From NCBI GenBank assembly GCA_045837725.1, contig JBEWZL010000077.1, positions 310,001 through 374,000 of the forward strand: a stretch of 64,000 bases of DNA. The letters are read 5' to 3'. A program made the translations under genes and the position numbers. The notes under the pieces are model-generated. The model was given only the letters and a program-made list of their open reading frames with translations, was not told the DNA's origin and did not search any database. Numbering within the stretch: the stretch's first letter is position 1; every line of letters begins with the position of its first letter. This document shows positions 48,161 to 61,589 of the stretch, piece by piece. The stretch comes from Vermamoeba vermiformis (taxonomy: Eukaryota).

Positions 48161-51100
48161 TTACAGCAGTTGTTGCTGTCCTTTGATTGGTGTGCCAGTG
48201 GAGTGTTGTCGCGCGTGGCCAGGCGTGGTATTATTCACATTCACGTTGTTGTTAGCCGTCACTACCATAGGACTCTTCACGGCGGCAGGTGCGGCCGGGG
48301 TACCAGGCGTGCTGTTCGTGGGCGTGCCGACTGGCTTCGAGGGCGTGCCACCAACCGTTGAACTACGCGCACGACCGCCAGAAGGCTGAGCGGAGGCAGC
48401 AATGTCCAAGGCCTCGACCCACTCCATCATGTCTTGCATGGAGTTGGCGCACAAATAGATCGTCTTGCGTTGCGGGTGACTCAACACGAATTGATATTTG
48501 AAGTCCGGGGCTGTCTCGCTGTCCTTGCGAATGGTCACTGAACAGCCGTCCACGGGCACAATACCGTCTGCAAAGCGAGACTGCAAAAACAATACAGGTT
48601 AGTCATTTCCTTAAAAAGAGATTATCGTCAGAATACGTACTTCTTTGTTTTCGAAATAATACAAGTTGCAGTCCTTGAGCACGAACCATCTTTCTTTCCA
48701 GTTCCTAATAAGGCAAGTTAGCACGTGATGAGCCTACAAGTACACGTTGAAATTTTACCTGAAAAAGCCAGAAATTTGATGCAAGTAGCCATCTTTGCGA
48801 CACTCGGCCAAGTCCTCACGAGTGGGTGCTGGCTAAAAATGGTAACAAACGGGATTAGCTCGGCGTCATTGATGCGTTAGAATAGTTGCAAAGACTTACT
48901 GGATCACCGGCATCGAACAGCCACGAGAAGAATCCTTGCTTGTTCGGTGAGTCGACGTTCTGTTTGCCGTCCTTCGCGAGTTGGTTGGTCGATTTCTTCT
49001 TCACCGTGGGGTTCTGAACGGGGACGACGATATTTCCTTTTTTGGAATTGGTTCGTCCTCGGTGTTGGTAGGCTGCACGAGGAGAAATTTCTTCATCTTG
49101 TTGGATCAGTCGATCGGTCAACCTGAAAATGGGACCACGTTAATAAAGAGGCCATTATAGTATACCTCTATTATAATATACGTACTTCTTTTGCATTTGG
49201 ACGTAAGCTTCGACAGATCCGTCCAACTTGTTTTTGAGATCTTCGTTCTTGCTGTGCAATTCATCAACAATCTTCTCGAGTTCAGAAACACTATACACAT
49301 TATATTATTAGTAATGATATACTATAACTTAATATTGATCAGTTCTTACCGAGAGGTGGCTTGTTGGAGCTGCTTGGTCGCAGAAACACTTTGTTGCTGA
49401 CCTTCTTTCTTCAACGAGTCATTAGCCTCTTGCAAGCTTCGAATGCGCTTCTCTTGAGCGGCGACAATGCGTTTATGAGCGCGCACTTCGCTCTCAGCAT
49501 TCATACGACGAGTTTGTTCCTCGCTGAACTCTTCCTCGATCTGCTTCAAACGAGCTTCGATTTGAACGCGCTTTTCTTCCTCGGAATTCTTAAGCTCCTA
49601 TAATCATATGTTATTATTGATCTTTAATAATGTGTTTTTAACGTACTTGGTAGTCAGTCTTGAGTTGTTCAACGTCCTTAGTAAGCTCTTCAGTGCGGTA
49701 CTCGTAGTCTTGGAGCTTTTTCTTGAGGTCCTTAGCTTCCATTTCTTTCTTGCTAAGATCGCCTTGGAGACCCAAGTTCTATGAAAAAAAATTGTTAGAC
49801 ACGCAACAAAACTAGCCGTTACACGGAGCTCATAATCCTGCGAGAGAATCGATTCTTTTCTTACCTGTTTCTTCAACTCGCCAATAGCATTCTTAGTGCT
49901 CTCGATTTGATCAACAGATGAGCCCAATTCGCCGGAAGGAGCACCAATCGAAGCAGATCCGAGTTCAGCAGTCAGTTCTTGGTACTGTCGTTGAATGGTA
50001 GCAAGTTCTTGACGCAACTCGTTCACTTCTTCCTCTTGGCGCTTGTATTTTTCTTCGGCAGCGTTGAGTCTGGACTTCAGAGTCTCGCGCTCCTTGGTCA
50101 AAGCGCTCACTGCAGATCTCGTTAATATTCTGCTCTAGGCACAACGAGTAGTTTTAACTCCTTACCTTGATCTTTATCGGAGGCCGCGTTCTTCTCTAAC
50201 TTGGATACGTTCTCCTTCAGTTGCTTTAATTCCTCTTTCCACTTGGTCTCGTTCATTTTGAAGGTCTCGTTTTCAGACTCGAAGACTGAGAGCGAGTCAC
50301 GAGTTCGACTCAATTCGTCTTGCAACATCTTGTTGTTATCGTGCAGAAGTTGGATCTCTTCCTTCTGAGTCTCGAGCTATATCAAAATCATATTAGTCCC
50401 GGTTGTTAAATTCCTAGTACCGCGAGAAATTCTTGCGGGATCCAGATCAGATCAATCGATTTTTACGAAGGCATACCTCGAGTTTGCTTTGAGTAGCGTC
50501 ATATTCTACTTTACTCAATTGCATGCGGAACTCTTCTCGCTCGTTTTCCAATAGTTTTTTAACGACGCTGATCTCGTGGTCCTTCTGCTCGACACGTGTT
50601 TGTGCTGTCTTCATGTGAGCAATTAACTCTTCTTTCTCACTGGTGACAGATTGGATCTCGTCTTTGAGCTCTTGGACCTCAATTTGCATGCGTTCTCGAG
50701 TCTGTTCTAAGAGCACTTGAGCCTCAACGAGTGCCATCGGGTTGTACGAAGACATGGACAGTGAGTTTCGTTGCTTAGGTTTGTCGTCTTCACCACCTCC
50801 GTCTGATCCATCATCACCCGCCGATGATCTAATACAGTGTTAGCGAGTGATTTAACTAAGCTAAATCATTGCACTTACTCTTTACTCGGCGTACTTGGCG
50901 ACCCACCTTCTGCTCCAGCAACTTCCTTCATGCTCTACGGACTATTAGAGATCGCCCTAAGATATTACACATCGATACTTACGTCTTGTCTGGCCTTGTC
51001 CAAGTCGTATTTGGGGTCGCGGCTAACAATGTCACGTTCAAGAATGTTGGCATAACGACGCAACGAGTCAAGCTCTTGTTGGAGCTTAGCAATAATAGCG

Positions 51101-53097
51101 TTCAACTCAGCAACAGATCGTTGTTGATTGATAGAGACCTTGTTCTTAATGGTCTTGGCACGTTGTCCGAACTTGAGCGTGGACACTGTTTCTTCAATGT
51201 TGAAAGGATGCGGCGAGGCAGCAATGAGGAGCGTTGTCTTCGAGTTACCTCCCAGCGATTCCTGTTAGAGGCACGTAAGTAATCACGATTGCATTATTGA
51301 TGTTTTTTTTCGTAGAGCACTGGTTTTGTGCCTGGAAGTTGGCGCGTAACTTACTCGCAAAATAAATGTCAATTTGCTATCACGATAAGGAATGTGCGTC
51401 TTCTTCGACTGTGTCAAGGCGTTGATGCAGTTACCAAGAGCAGAAAGGGACTGATTGATCTTCTTGGCCTCTTCAAGAGTGTCACCAGTAGCGCCCGTCT
51501 TGCCGACTTTTTCACTACCAGCCAAATCTGCCAAGTTCAATTTGCCTTCTTTCGTTGAACCTTCAGGACTCTTCTGTTGCAACGTAATAATGAACAAACT
51601 GTGACTGCGCGAGCTGACTGCATTCATCTTCGTAGACGAGACTGCACGATACTTCTCACCCATCTTCAACAGCTCAATAATATCCTCTTCGCATGTCACG
51701 AACTTTATAAATAGTGGCCGTTAGTGACAATGTATTTATACAAATAGGAAAGTTATTCGAGTTACCTGTTCAGTGAGATCTTGAACCCAAACACCGCGTG
51801 AAGGAGACTCACGCACTTTCAAATTATCATTACCAGGAGATAACAAATCACGAATGGTTTCCTATAAATTATTGTGAGTTATTTGCATCATATTGAGGCT
51901 GTTTAAAGCTTACTTTGTAGATCTCCAAGAACGAACACTTGATCGTGTACTCAGTGCCAGAGTTATCACGTTCAATATATTTAAAGATTTGCTCGCAAGA
52001 TCGAGGAATAATGCCCTTCAATTCAGGCACTGAAATATCTGGTCCAAACATTGTAAAGCTCTTGCCAGCTCCAGTTTGACCTATTAATTTAAATTAATGG
52101 ATCTGGTCAACTCGAATGCAGAGAGCGCCGAAAGGTTAAGCAAGCTGTAACAATAAGCGCTGTTTATATTATTGAACGTACCATAAGCGAAAATGGTTCC
52201 GTTATAGCCTCCAATGACGTCACTGAAAAAAACATTAGACGTTTATCTTTGTGCTAAGCTTCGCGCAAATCAAAATTGATAATTAACACTATAAAGTGAT
52301 AGTAGCACATATAGTTAGCTGTTATTAGTTGAAAACTAGATATTTTAAGATAAAATTTCAAATAAAGGTTCTTCTCGGTACCATCGACTTACTTAATTGT
52401 GTCTTTTGCAGCTGCTGAATATACTTCCATCTATAAATTAAATAATTAATATTTTAATTCGCAGGCTTTTCATAATAGCAAGCTTAACGGAGAATTAAAA
52501 ATGCGAAAATTAATAAAGGCTCCGTAGCGCAATAATGCCTTAGAATGACTTCAAAAATATAATTTCTTCTAAATTGAAGCAATTTCAAATTTTAGGTAAT
52601 GATTGGGAATGTATCCGTTGCAAATCTCACCTGTTTCGAGTCAGAACCAAAAACGCGATCAAAATTAAATGTCTGAGGGGGCTGCTTAGGCATATTTACG
52701 ACCACCGTAGAATCATTGGGGTATTCTAAGAGCGGCAAAGAGCCGTCGTGAGTCACAGCCTCAGATTTCTCGCGCTCGTTGACCGGGCGAAACCGGCAAA
52801 TTACGCTGTAAAATATCGAGATTAATTATATATTCCAATAGTAGAATAAACTGGGGACTATAACGGTTTAATTTCTAGCGATTTTATGGGAGATCTGTGA
52901 AACGTATTCATAATTACGACACTATCTCCCTTTATTAACTATTATTTTTATACGTCTAATATTATGGAGAATATTTTAATTATTTGATTATTAAAAATTC
53001 AATGGAATCGATGTAATCTTTTCGATAGATCAAGCTTTCCGTTTTACGGATCTTTCGACCCGTTGTAAAATACATACCGAACACTTGCGTCAGGCAT
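48161..53097 (-). CDS. Kinesin (kinesin-1-like motor) with coiled-coil stalk and C-terminal PH domain
   Basis: [88 protein letters not shown]...MMEWVEAL. Confidence 0.94.
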
Positions 53098-54022
53098 GGT
53101 TCTTTGTGTTTTAAGTGTTTACTATCGAGCTGTGCGGCAAGTTCGTCCCTGGTTGTATTTACAGGCGGATTGCAAACTAATTTTGCTCGAGTTTGGCGTT
53201 AGATCCGCAAATGAATATTATTGTCTTGATGCAGACAAATGACGATTATTATGCCCTTGTGCACGGCTCATAAAATAATAATTGATTTGGTCGATAAAAT
53301 TTTTGCCAGTTTTCTTCGATTGATTTTTCTCCAGCTATTTCATTCAGCAACAATTGCTCGTAATAATACATACCCGGCTAGAGTACAAAGCATCGGGCTT
53401 GTCAGTGGGACATAATCCTCTGGGCCTAAGATCCACGCATCTAGCCGTTGCAAGTGACACAACGCTGTCCGAACGCATACAAAGGGATTAATTGTGACTT
53501 GGTGGTGTACGTATTAATCTACGTTCGATCAAGACACAAGAAACCGAAGTTGAATAGCGAATCTTTTGTAATCTTTCGCGCATACAAAATTTCGACGATC
53601 GGGCGTTTTAGTTGGTCATTGATTGCGCCAAATAGGGATTCAAGTTCGCGTGCAGCGTATCTTTTGAGCTAAATTTAGGTAATTACACGGAGTAAGCGAA
53701 TAAAATTTAGCTAGTACAAAAAAGCAATTTGCTTGACTTATGAAGGACTTCTAAATAAGATAATTTATGTTTTATTTGATTTTCTTTGTCTATGCAAAGA
53801 TAAATTACAATCAAGCGATATTTAATTACAAAGTTAGTACTTATTTTAAATAATATTGTCTAGACAAGCTAAATAATAAACCAATCGAAGTAATGCAAGG
53901 CTCTCTTAATTCTCTCTTGTTAATGACTCAACGCAAAATAACACGAAACGCCAGCTAGCTAATATACAATTTAGCGATTCTGAGAGCCTTGTAGCATTAC
54001 CTCGATTGATCTCTCATCTAGC

Positions 54023-55237
54023 TTACAGAATGAGGCAATTGCCTCGCTTCTTCTTAGTCTGGCTTGGGGGACCGCCGTTCTTCTCCCAAATTTGATCGAT
54101 CAGTGAGAAAAAGATCTCATTAATGTTCACGTCGGTCTTGGCTGATGTTTCCAAAAATGGGCATCCGTACGCTTTGGCGAGCTCTTTGCCATCCTTAGTC
54201 TCGACTTCACGCTTCTTTTCCAAGTCACACTTGTTGCCGACGAGGACCATAGGGACCTACGCACGTAATTGTCAGTACTATCGCTTGAATTACAAAATTC
54301 CTGCTGCTATTTTCGGCAGATCGACAAATTAATTTCAATTAAAGCTCCTTAAAATAGGTTTCATGACTTACGCTTGAGCTGCTCTTGTGTCGAATAATGC
54401 CTTGGCGGATAGGATCCAAATCTTCTAAACTGCGTTGTGAAGTAATACTGTACACTAAAACGAATCCCTAACAAATTTAACGTAATGAGCTCGCGATCCA
54501 CTTTTAGTTAGGTCTTTTGAAATTTACCTCTCCGTTCTTCATATATAATTCTCGCATTGCACTGAATGTTTCCTATGATAAAAAATGCCGATGAGCTCCG
54601 AATCGGGATGGTTTTGCAGCATGTACTTACTTGACCAGCTGTATCTAAAATTTCTAAAACACAAGGAATTCCTTGATATTCAATAACCTTTTGATATCTA
54701 TCTTCGATTGTCGGGTCGTACTGTAACAAAATAACGGTAAGTGAGGTTGCGAGAGCGTAGGAATAAAATTAATTAATCAATTAAAGCAGACATTAAATAT
54801 CATAAAATTATAAACGTCATTATTATTTAGCATGTGAATTGCTATATTGCTGATGTGTAGAAGGTAAAGAAAAAAAAGTGCACCGATTTGACTCGGTTTA
54901 AAAATTTATTAATGTTGAAATGAGTCTAAATAATCATCCTTCGCTGTGAGTACAACGGTATTATTAATTGTTCATAAGTATGTACTAAAATACGAAGGAA
55001 GATAATTTCTTCAATTTCGGATGGGTAGTGGAGTGATCAATTCAAAAACATTACCTTAGCTTCAAATTGACGGTTGACAAATCTAATCGTGATAGCGCTC
55101 TTGCCTACACCTCCAGAGCCCATTACGACAAAGTGGTACGTGCACGAAGTTCGTGTATCTTCGTTCTTGGCTCCACATTGTGAGCAGAAGTTGTAATTAT
55201 CAGGATTCTTGTGTCTACACTTTGGGCAGCGAGGCAT
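54023..55237 (-). CDS. Ras/Rap-family GTPase with N-terminal zinc ribbon and CaaX (CLIL)
   Basis: MPRCPKC...FCSQCG, then [41 protein letters not shown]. Confidence 0.93.
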
Positions 55238-56010
55238 TATGTATTATATTATAGAGCTGTGTTCGCTGTGTATCGGGGGACAATTAAATTGAAAAAATAA
55301 ACCTCGACAAAAAAGGACCGTTGAAGACAAAATTTATTGCCTATTTTTAACACACCAATCCTCCACAACCAACAAGATTCTTAACTAAATTAAGGCAATG
55401 TTTTTTATTCCGTCGTGGCCAGCTCCGTGACTCTGATCAATAAAAACGGTAAATCTGGGCAGCGCTATCAGTATGGCGTACTTTCTCCTTAATTTGAAAT
55501 GACCCAAATATTCAGGATTATTTACGCTAGAGATTTAATGCACGTCGATTGTTAACGCGTGGTTTGCGTATCTGGCGTTCGGGCCACGATCAGCAATTAA
55601 TGGAGATCGTAAAATTAACTGAGCACGGTATTAATTCACCTTACTATTTGCTGGAGATGCACGTGAGATTAAAACAAAGACCGCTTCAGATGCAGGGTAA
55701 ATTTCTTTATCTGAAAACTTGAACGAACGAAGAGCAAGGAAATAAGTAAGCCACTTTCTTTAGACCGTCTTCGCATTGCTAGAAGAGGTACAGGCTAATT
55801 TTGGGTCAAATTAACCTCTATTGTACTGCTCAGTAAGAACGTACGTGCAGATGTGAACTTTTAGCAATCCAATTTGGCAAGGAGGCTACCGTTGATACGA
55901 ACTACGAGATATCCAAGTGGGTTATTTCAGAAATAAAGTTTACTAAATTACAATCTATGATGACGTGTTTTACAAGGCAACCTACCGCAAAAAAGTTCGA
56001 GTTCCAGCGA

Positions 56011-59000
56011 TTATTTCTTCGACTTCTTTTCTTTTTCTTTCTTGTCGGATTTCTTTGAGGTCTTTGGGCTGATCTCACCGGATGCGGACATCGAAATTGA
56101 TGAAGAATCGCGAGGAGTCTTGCTGTGTCTTCGTGAAGAGAACAAGGACTTTCTCTTCTTCTTGCTCTCCTTAATCTCTTGCTCTATTTGTTCTTCTTGT
56201 TTCTTGATGACTTCGAGTTCTTCATGGCTGAGTTGTTTCTTCAACTCGCTAATGGATTCATCCACTTCTTTCAACTCTTCCATCAAATTCTTGTTTAACT
56301 CATTGGCTACCTCAGGCTTGACCTCTTCTTGTTCCTGCGTGGATATGGTTAATACTAATTCATTCTTAAAGTCGGATCGCGTACCTCAACGTCCGCCAAT
56401 TGTTTTCGAATGATGGATTTCATTTGTAACAGCGATTCAGTCTTCTTATGCATGTAGATACGGTCTTCGGCACTCTGAGAAGGACGTTAGATACTTATGA
56501 TTTAATTACTTGTCATACGTGTGTCTTTACTTCGTTCAATTTGCTCTTCAACTGTTGTTTCTCGAGCTCTCGTTGTTTGAGCTTTTCTTCAACAGACATC
56601 AGTTCTTGCTTCTGAACGACTTCGACGGGCACCTCCGTGACTCCAGACATTCTCTTAAGCGCTACATAAGCAGTTAGGATCGTGGAGTACTGATAAAAGT
56701 GAGCGGATCGCGTACCTCGTTCTTTATCGCTCTTCTTGGTTTCCAGATCTGCTTTAGCTTTCTTATAAGCATTCATCAGATCTTGTCGTTCTTGTGGCGT
56801 CTTAAGGCAGATTTTGTACAATGAGTTGTTCTTGGGCTTGGCTACAAAGTCAAAGCAGTTCGTTATTCCTTTGCTATCAGGAACTTCAACGACCTCGACT
56901 GTTTCAATCATAAACGAGTCCCTATTAATAAAATAAAGGTTAACCGCACGATGCTAACATTGTTTGGATGGTGATGTTTGGTCGCGAGTACGCACTTGTA
57001 ACGGATGAAATTCTTTTGTTTCTTCGCTTCTACTTTGCCGAGAATAACCATGTCATTCAACAGATATAAGTTCGTTTCGCCGACCTTTGGAATATCAACT
57101 ACATATTGGTTAATGAACGAGCGATGAGGCTCTGCGATTGGCGGGCAATCTCCGATAATGGCTTCGGTGATTTCCATGAGCTTTCTGTTATTCGAATATA
57201 GTTAATATAACGTTATATAAGTATTAATATATGATCTTTAAACGTACTGTAAGTTTTCTGCTTCGCGTTTCTTTTCGTTCAAGTACTTTCCGACTTCGGC
57301 CACTTGTGTACGGGCCTTGACTAATGCTTCATAATCAGGGTGCTCGTTCCAGGTATGTTTGACGAGATCTTCTAAGAGCAAGTTATATCGAGGGACACCT
57401 GCGAATACATATTAATAAGTTTGTCGGAACAAACCAGAATCATGTATTAATATCGAGCATAATTAGTTCTAGTATATACAAATTAATACTTACGTTGTAC
57501 GGGCATAATAAGGTAACTAGCAATGTCGAGTTGATTGACTTCGGGCTTCTGTTGGATCTCTTGAATCATCGTCAGGAACTTCGGGTTTTTCTTCAATTGA
57601 TCGATCATTTGGAGCGACAAGTTGAAGTTTTGTACGTAATTGGTGTATACTTTTAAGAACCCGAACTACAACGAGAGGTGTCAGATCTGTGTTCGGAAGG
57701 AGATCTGGATCGGCTACTTACAATCTTAGTGAAAATGTCTCCAAGAATATCTGCGCGCTTCCAAGTGTTCCACTTCTCCACTCTACTCTGGAGCTCTTCT
57801 AGCAGCTTAGTGTTGAAGCTGTAAATGATTTCTATGTCGCTGAAAAGTCGCTTCAACTGCTCTTTTGTCAACAACGGTTTTTTGTTCGCCGTCTCTTCTT
57901 CTAAGGGCTTATAATAGTTCTAATAATATGGGTTAGTATATGTGCATATTATTTCATATTATACTCACGTCAATGCAGGCCTTCAAGGCTTTAACATAAA
58001 CAACTTCGGTCGATAAAATTTCTTTTGCGATTTTTTCTCGATAAGCGACATCTCGGACTGATATTGATAGTAAATTAGTACCACTAGTAATAATTCATTT
58101 AAAAATAAATAGGCATACCCATGCGCTGGTATTTCTTGCGTTGCAATCGAGTTCTAATTAGTGCCTGTACTTTGGCCCATTTTTTCTCGAATTTGACCAC
58201 TTTAAAAAAACATGTTAGTACTTCGTTCAAAACATACTATATATGGCACTATATAACACGTACTATCAACGCCATTGCCGGCTAACAAGGCAATCTTCAA
58301 TCTTGCAATGCCAGATCCTTCTTTCGGCTTTCTAGTGGCAGTTGGCTTCTCTCTGACTTTCGCCAATAATTGTCGCAGCGTTTCTTTCGTCTTAACATCG
58401 AGTGTTGGTCTGCTCTTAGGGTCATCCTGATTGATTTTTGGTTAGATTATTTAAGGTTAAGAAACATTTAGCCTGATCCGCGAGTGGTAAATTAAATTAG
58501 GATAAGAATACGCTCGCTTATATACGACGATACTAAATGTCGCTATTTGCACGAGGAAACGCTTGAAGTGGATGTGGAGGATGAAAAATCCGTAAAAACA
58601 CTTACTGGAATGGTTTTAATCGTAGGTTTGAATCCCTTTTCAGCTGCTTTTTCAGCGAGCGCGGCCAAGCAAATAACGACGTTGACTATGCTCTTGTTCT
58701 CCCACAGATCATCCACAAGAAATATTCTGAAAGGTCGAAATGAGTAAATTTGACATAGGGCAGATAGGAAAATTTTACTATAATGCTGTGGCAATGTATT
58801 TTCAAGTAGATCTGCAGATCTAAGTACTTACTTGTGTTTTGGAACACCGTAATCTTCAACGGCTTCTAAAAAGAAAGAAATATTTTCTTTCAACTTGAAC
58901 GGCGTATCGGTGCTCTCTTGAATACGTGGAATTGCATTCTCATCAATTTGTTTCATTAAATAGCACAGAATTACACCTCTTTTAAGTTGCGGATGAAGAT

Positions 59001-59429
59001 CTGCTCGCAAAAGAAAGATTAGAAATCGTTGCAGTATAATGAAAGTAACATAATTAATATAATAATTTGGTTGATAATCGGAGAATAAAGAAAGCAATTT
59101 GCGCAAGTGAATTGATCTCGATATTTTTGTGGGACACGTTTTTAAATTGAATTAATTCATATAATACACGCTTAGTTATATCAAGCTTACAAGTAAACAA
59201 AGTTAGCCTTATAAATTAATTATTACGAGATCTACGATATTTTTTATTCAATTGGAGAATTCGAATGGTAATTCAAGCACTACGTACCGTCTTGTAGTTT
59301 AATTGATAGAACCTCTTCAATCCACTGTTTTACTCCTTTTTGCAAATTAATAAACTCATACACACGCTCATCTGGGACGAGAGCGCTGAAGTTTCTCGAT
59401 TCCTCTCTGCGGACTGGTGCTCGGGCCAT
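56011..59429 (-). CDS. RhoGEF: calponin-homology + IQ-like + DH + PH + coiled coil
   Basis: CH (KQWIEEVL, LKRGVILC, KENISFFL, DLWENKSIVNVVICL); DH (REKIAKEILSTEVVYV, YLIMPVQRVPRYNLLLEDLVKHT); PH (LYLLNDMVIL). Confidence 0.92.
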
Positions 59430-59907
59430 TGTCAAATTAATAGGCTCAATACGAATCACTGGCCTAGTGTTGTTGAGGACGTTGTATACAATTCGATTCA
59501 AATTAAACGCAAGTAAATTTTAACCATTAAAAATCTTGCTTGACATTTCTGTCATTTGGTGCTCGAACGCACACTTGGTACTCGATACTAAAGCTTTATG
59601 TTTGAAGACTATAATATGTTTCGTGCGACGGGTACTCTTTTCAAGTCTCATCTAAACATCGTTGGTTAAATTTAACTCGCAGAAACGAGTGCAAGCGATT
59701 GCCTTTAATTCGTAAGTTCCTACTCGAGCATATATTTGGGAACAAATTTCGGTTAGTATGACGTGCTACTTGACGTCTATAAAATCAGGAAAATGTCTCT
59801 GACTTTTATTGAAAGTTAAGACGAAGAGAGAATCAACAACCCTTTGTTTTTATCTATATTATCACTATATTTATATCATAATCAAGTACCAATTCAGAGA
59901 TCAAAGC

Positions 59908-61366
59908 ATGCGTACTGTAGTTTTATTGACTACTTTATTTTTACTCGCCACATCCGCATTCGCGACGACTTATTGGACCGTTGTATCATCAAGTAATACT
60001 ATTTAACAATATATATCGGCTCGATTTGTCTAATCCTTCATATTTAGTCTCGAGCAGCCAATCTAATATTACAGAAATTGATCCCACGACAGGAGCTTGG
60101 AAAACAATCTGCAGTTTATCAACACAAGGTAATTTTAGCGATAAATAGACAAATATTAATTATGAGACTTGTTTCAAAAGATCACAACCTTTGCTTTTAT
60201 TCCGCCTTTAAGCGCATGATTATTAGCGCCATTTGATTGACCAATATTAGAATTTATGGCGATGTTGTTTTCGTGTTGCTGATTCTAATTGGGTCAGATC
60301 TGCCAAACTCATTTCATGAAACTAACTGGCTGCTTACAGAATACGACTTAAGTCCAGTCTACACTGACAAGCAAAGCAACGCATTTGTTACATACAATAA
60401 GAATACGCAACAGCTTATTTACTTCACAATCTCCGCTTCTCCTTCCGCAGGATCGTGCGATCAAGTTTTGGCACCGGTCAAGCAAGTCGCCTTGCCTTCT
60501 ATTATTACCGCCAACAATGCAGTCGTATTGGAGGTATTTAGAGAAAGCAGCACCTCTGTCTTGGTCGCCACTCAGTACGGAGCAAACAACTATCAGTTTT
60601 CAGTGTACCGCTGGACTTTGAGCACTTCTCAAGTGACCCAATTGGTATGCTTATGATATTATATCGAGTATTAAATGCCTAATATCTAATCCTCGTATTT
60701 GCGTAGTTTTACGTCGACACTCAACAATCGACGGACTCACCAAATCCGATCGGTCCTTTGGCTTTCGACTCACAAAACGATCTCCTCTATAACATTCAAT
60801 ACCGCGGTCTTGGCAGTGCAAATTTCCCGGAAGTCCTTATCTATACTTTTGACGTCAAGAACAACATCACTCGCAATGTCGATGTTCCATTGCTGATCAA
60901 CTGGAGCGGAGGTACTTGACTTCGTTATTAATTATTATATATGTTACTAATGTCGCGCTAGGTCGATTGATGAGCTCGCTTGTTTGGAACGGCGATTCTC
61001 GTCGCATTATTGGTCTCTGGTTCATCGGTACCAAGGCTGACGCACGCATCATCAGTCTCGATCCTAAGACTGGAAATTACGGTGAAAAGTAATCACTTGA
61101 CAATACCGAGTACTTATTATATTAGCACGTACTAACTTGACATTTCTATATTTAGGTACCGCTCAGCAAGCTTGGCGTACTGCATCGAGTTTGAGCCTTA
61201 TATTGCAGGTCTGACCGACAATGTGCTGTTGAGTTGTATGGACACGACAGCGACTAACCAGTACTACACTTCGTTCTCGCTCAAACAAATGAAGTTCAAC
61301 AACTATCCTCAGTTCTACATTGGAGGCGAAGAATACACGCCCAATTATTTGATTCCTATTAATTAA
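59908..61366 (+). CDS. Uncharacterised secreted beta-rich protein
   Basis: Signal peptide MRTVVLLTTLFLLATSAFA; spliceable exons with strand/turn motifs (EIDPTTG, SLDPKTG); no family recognised. Confidence 0.65.
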
Positions 61367-61589
61367 TTCGGCGAGATAGCTCATTTATTTTTCTTGTAGT
61401 TTTAACGTTAGCGACGACCTATTTGCTCGTCACAGTAGATAAAAGAGAACTCTACAGATCCGATCGAATCCAAAATTTCATTGTGGACGTAAACTAACAT
61501 TTCTAACAGCGTGAGTATTCAACAATGATAAGAATATGCACAAGATTTATTACTAATATTACATCGCAGGAACAAGCAAGATACACAGT

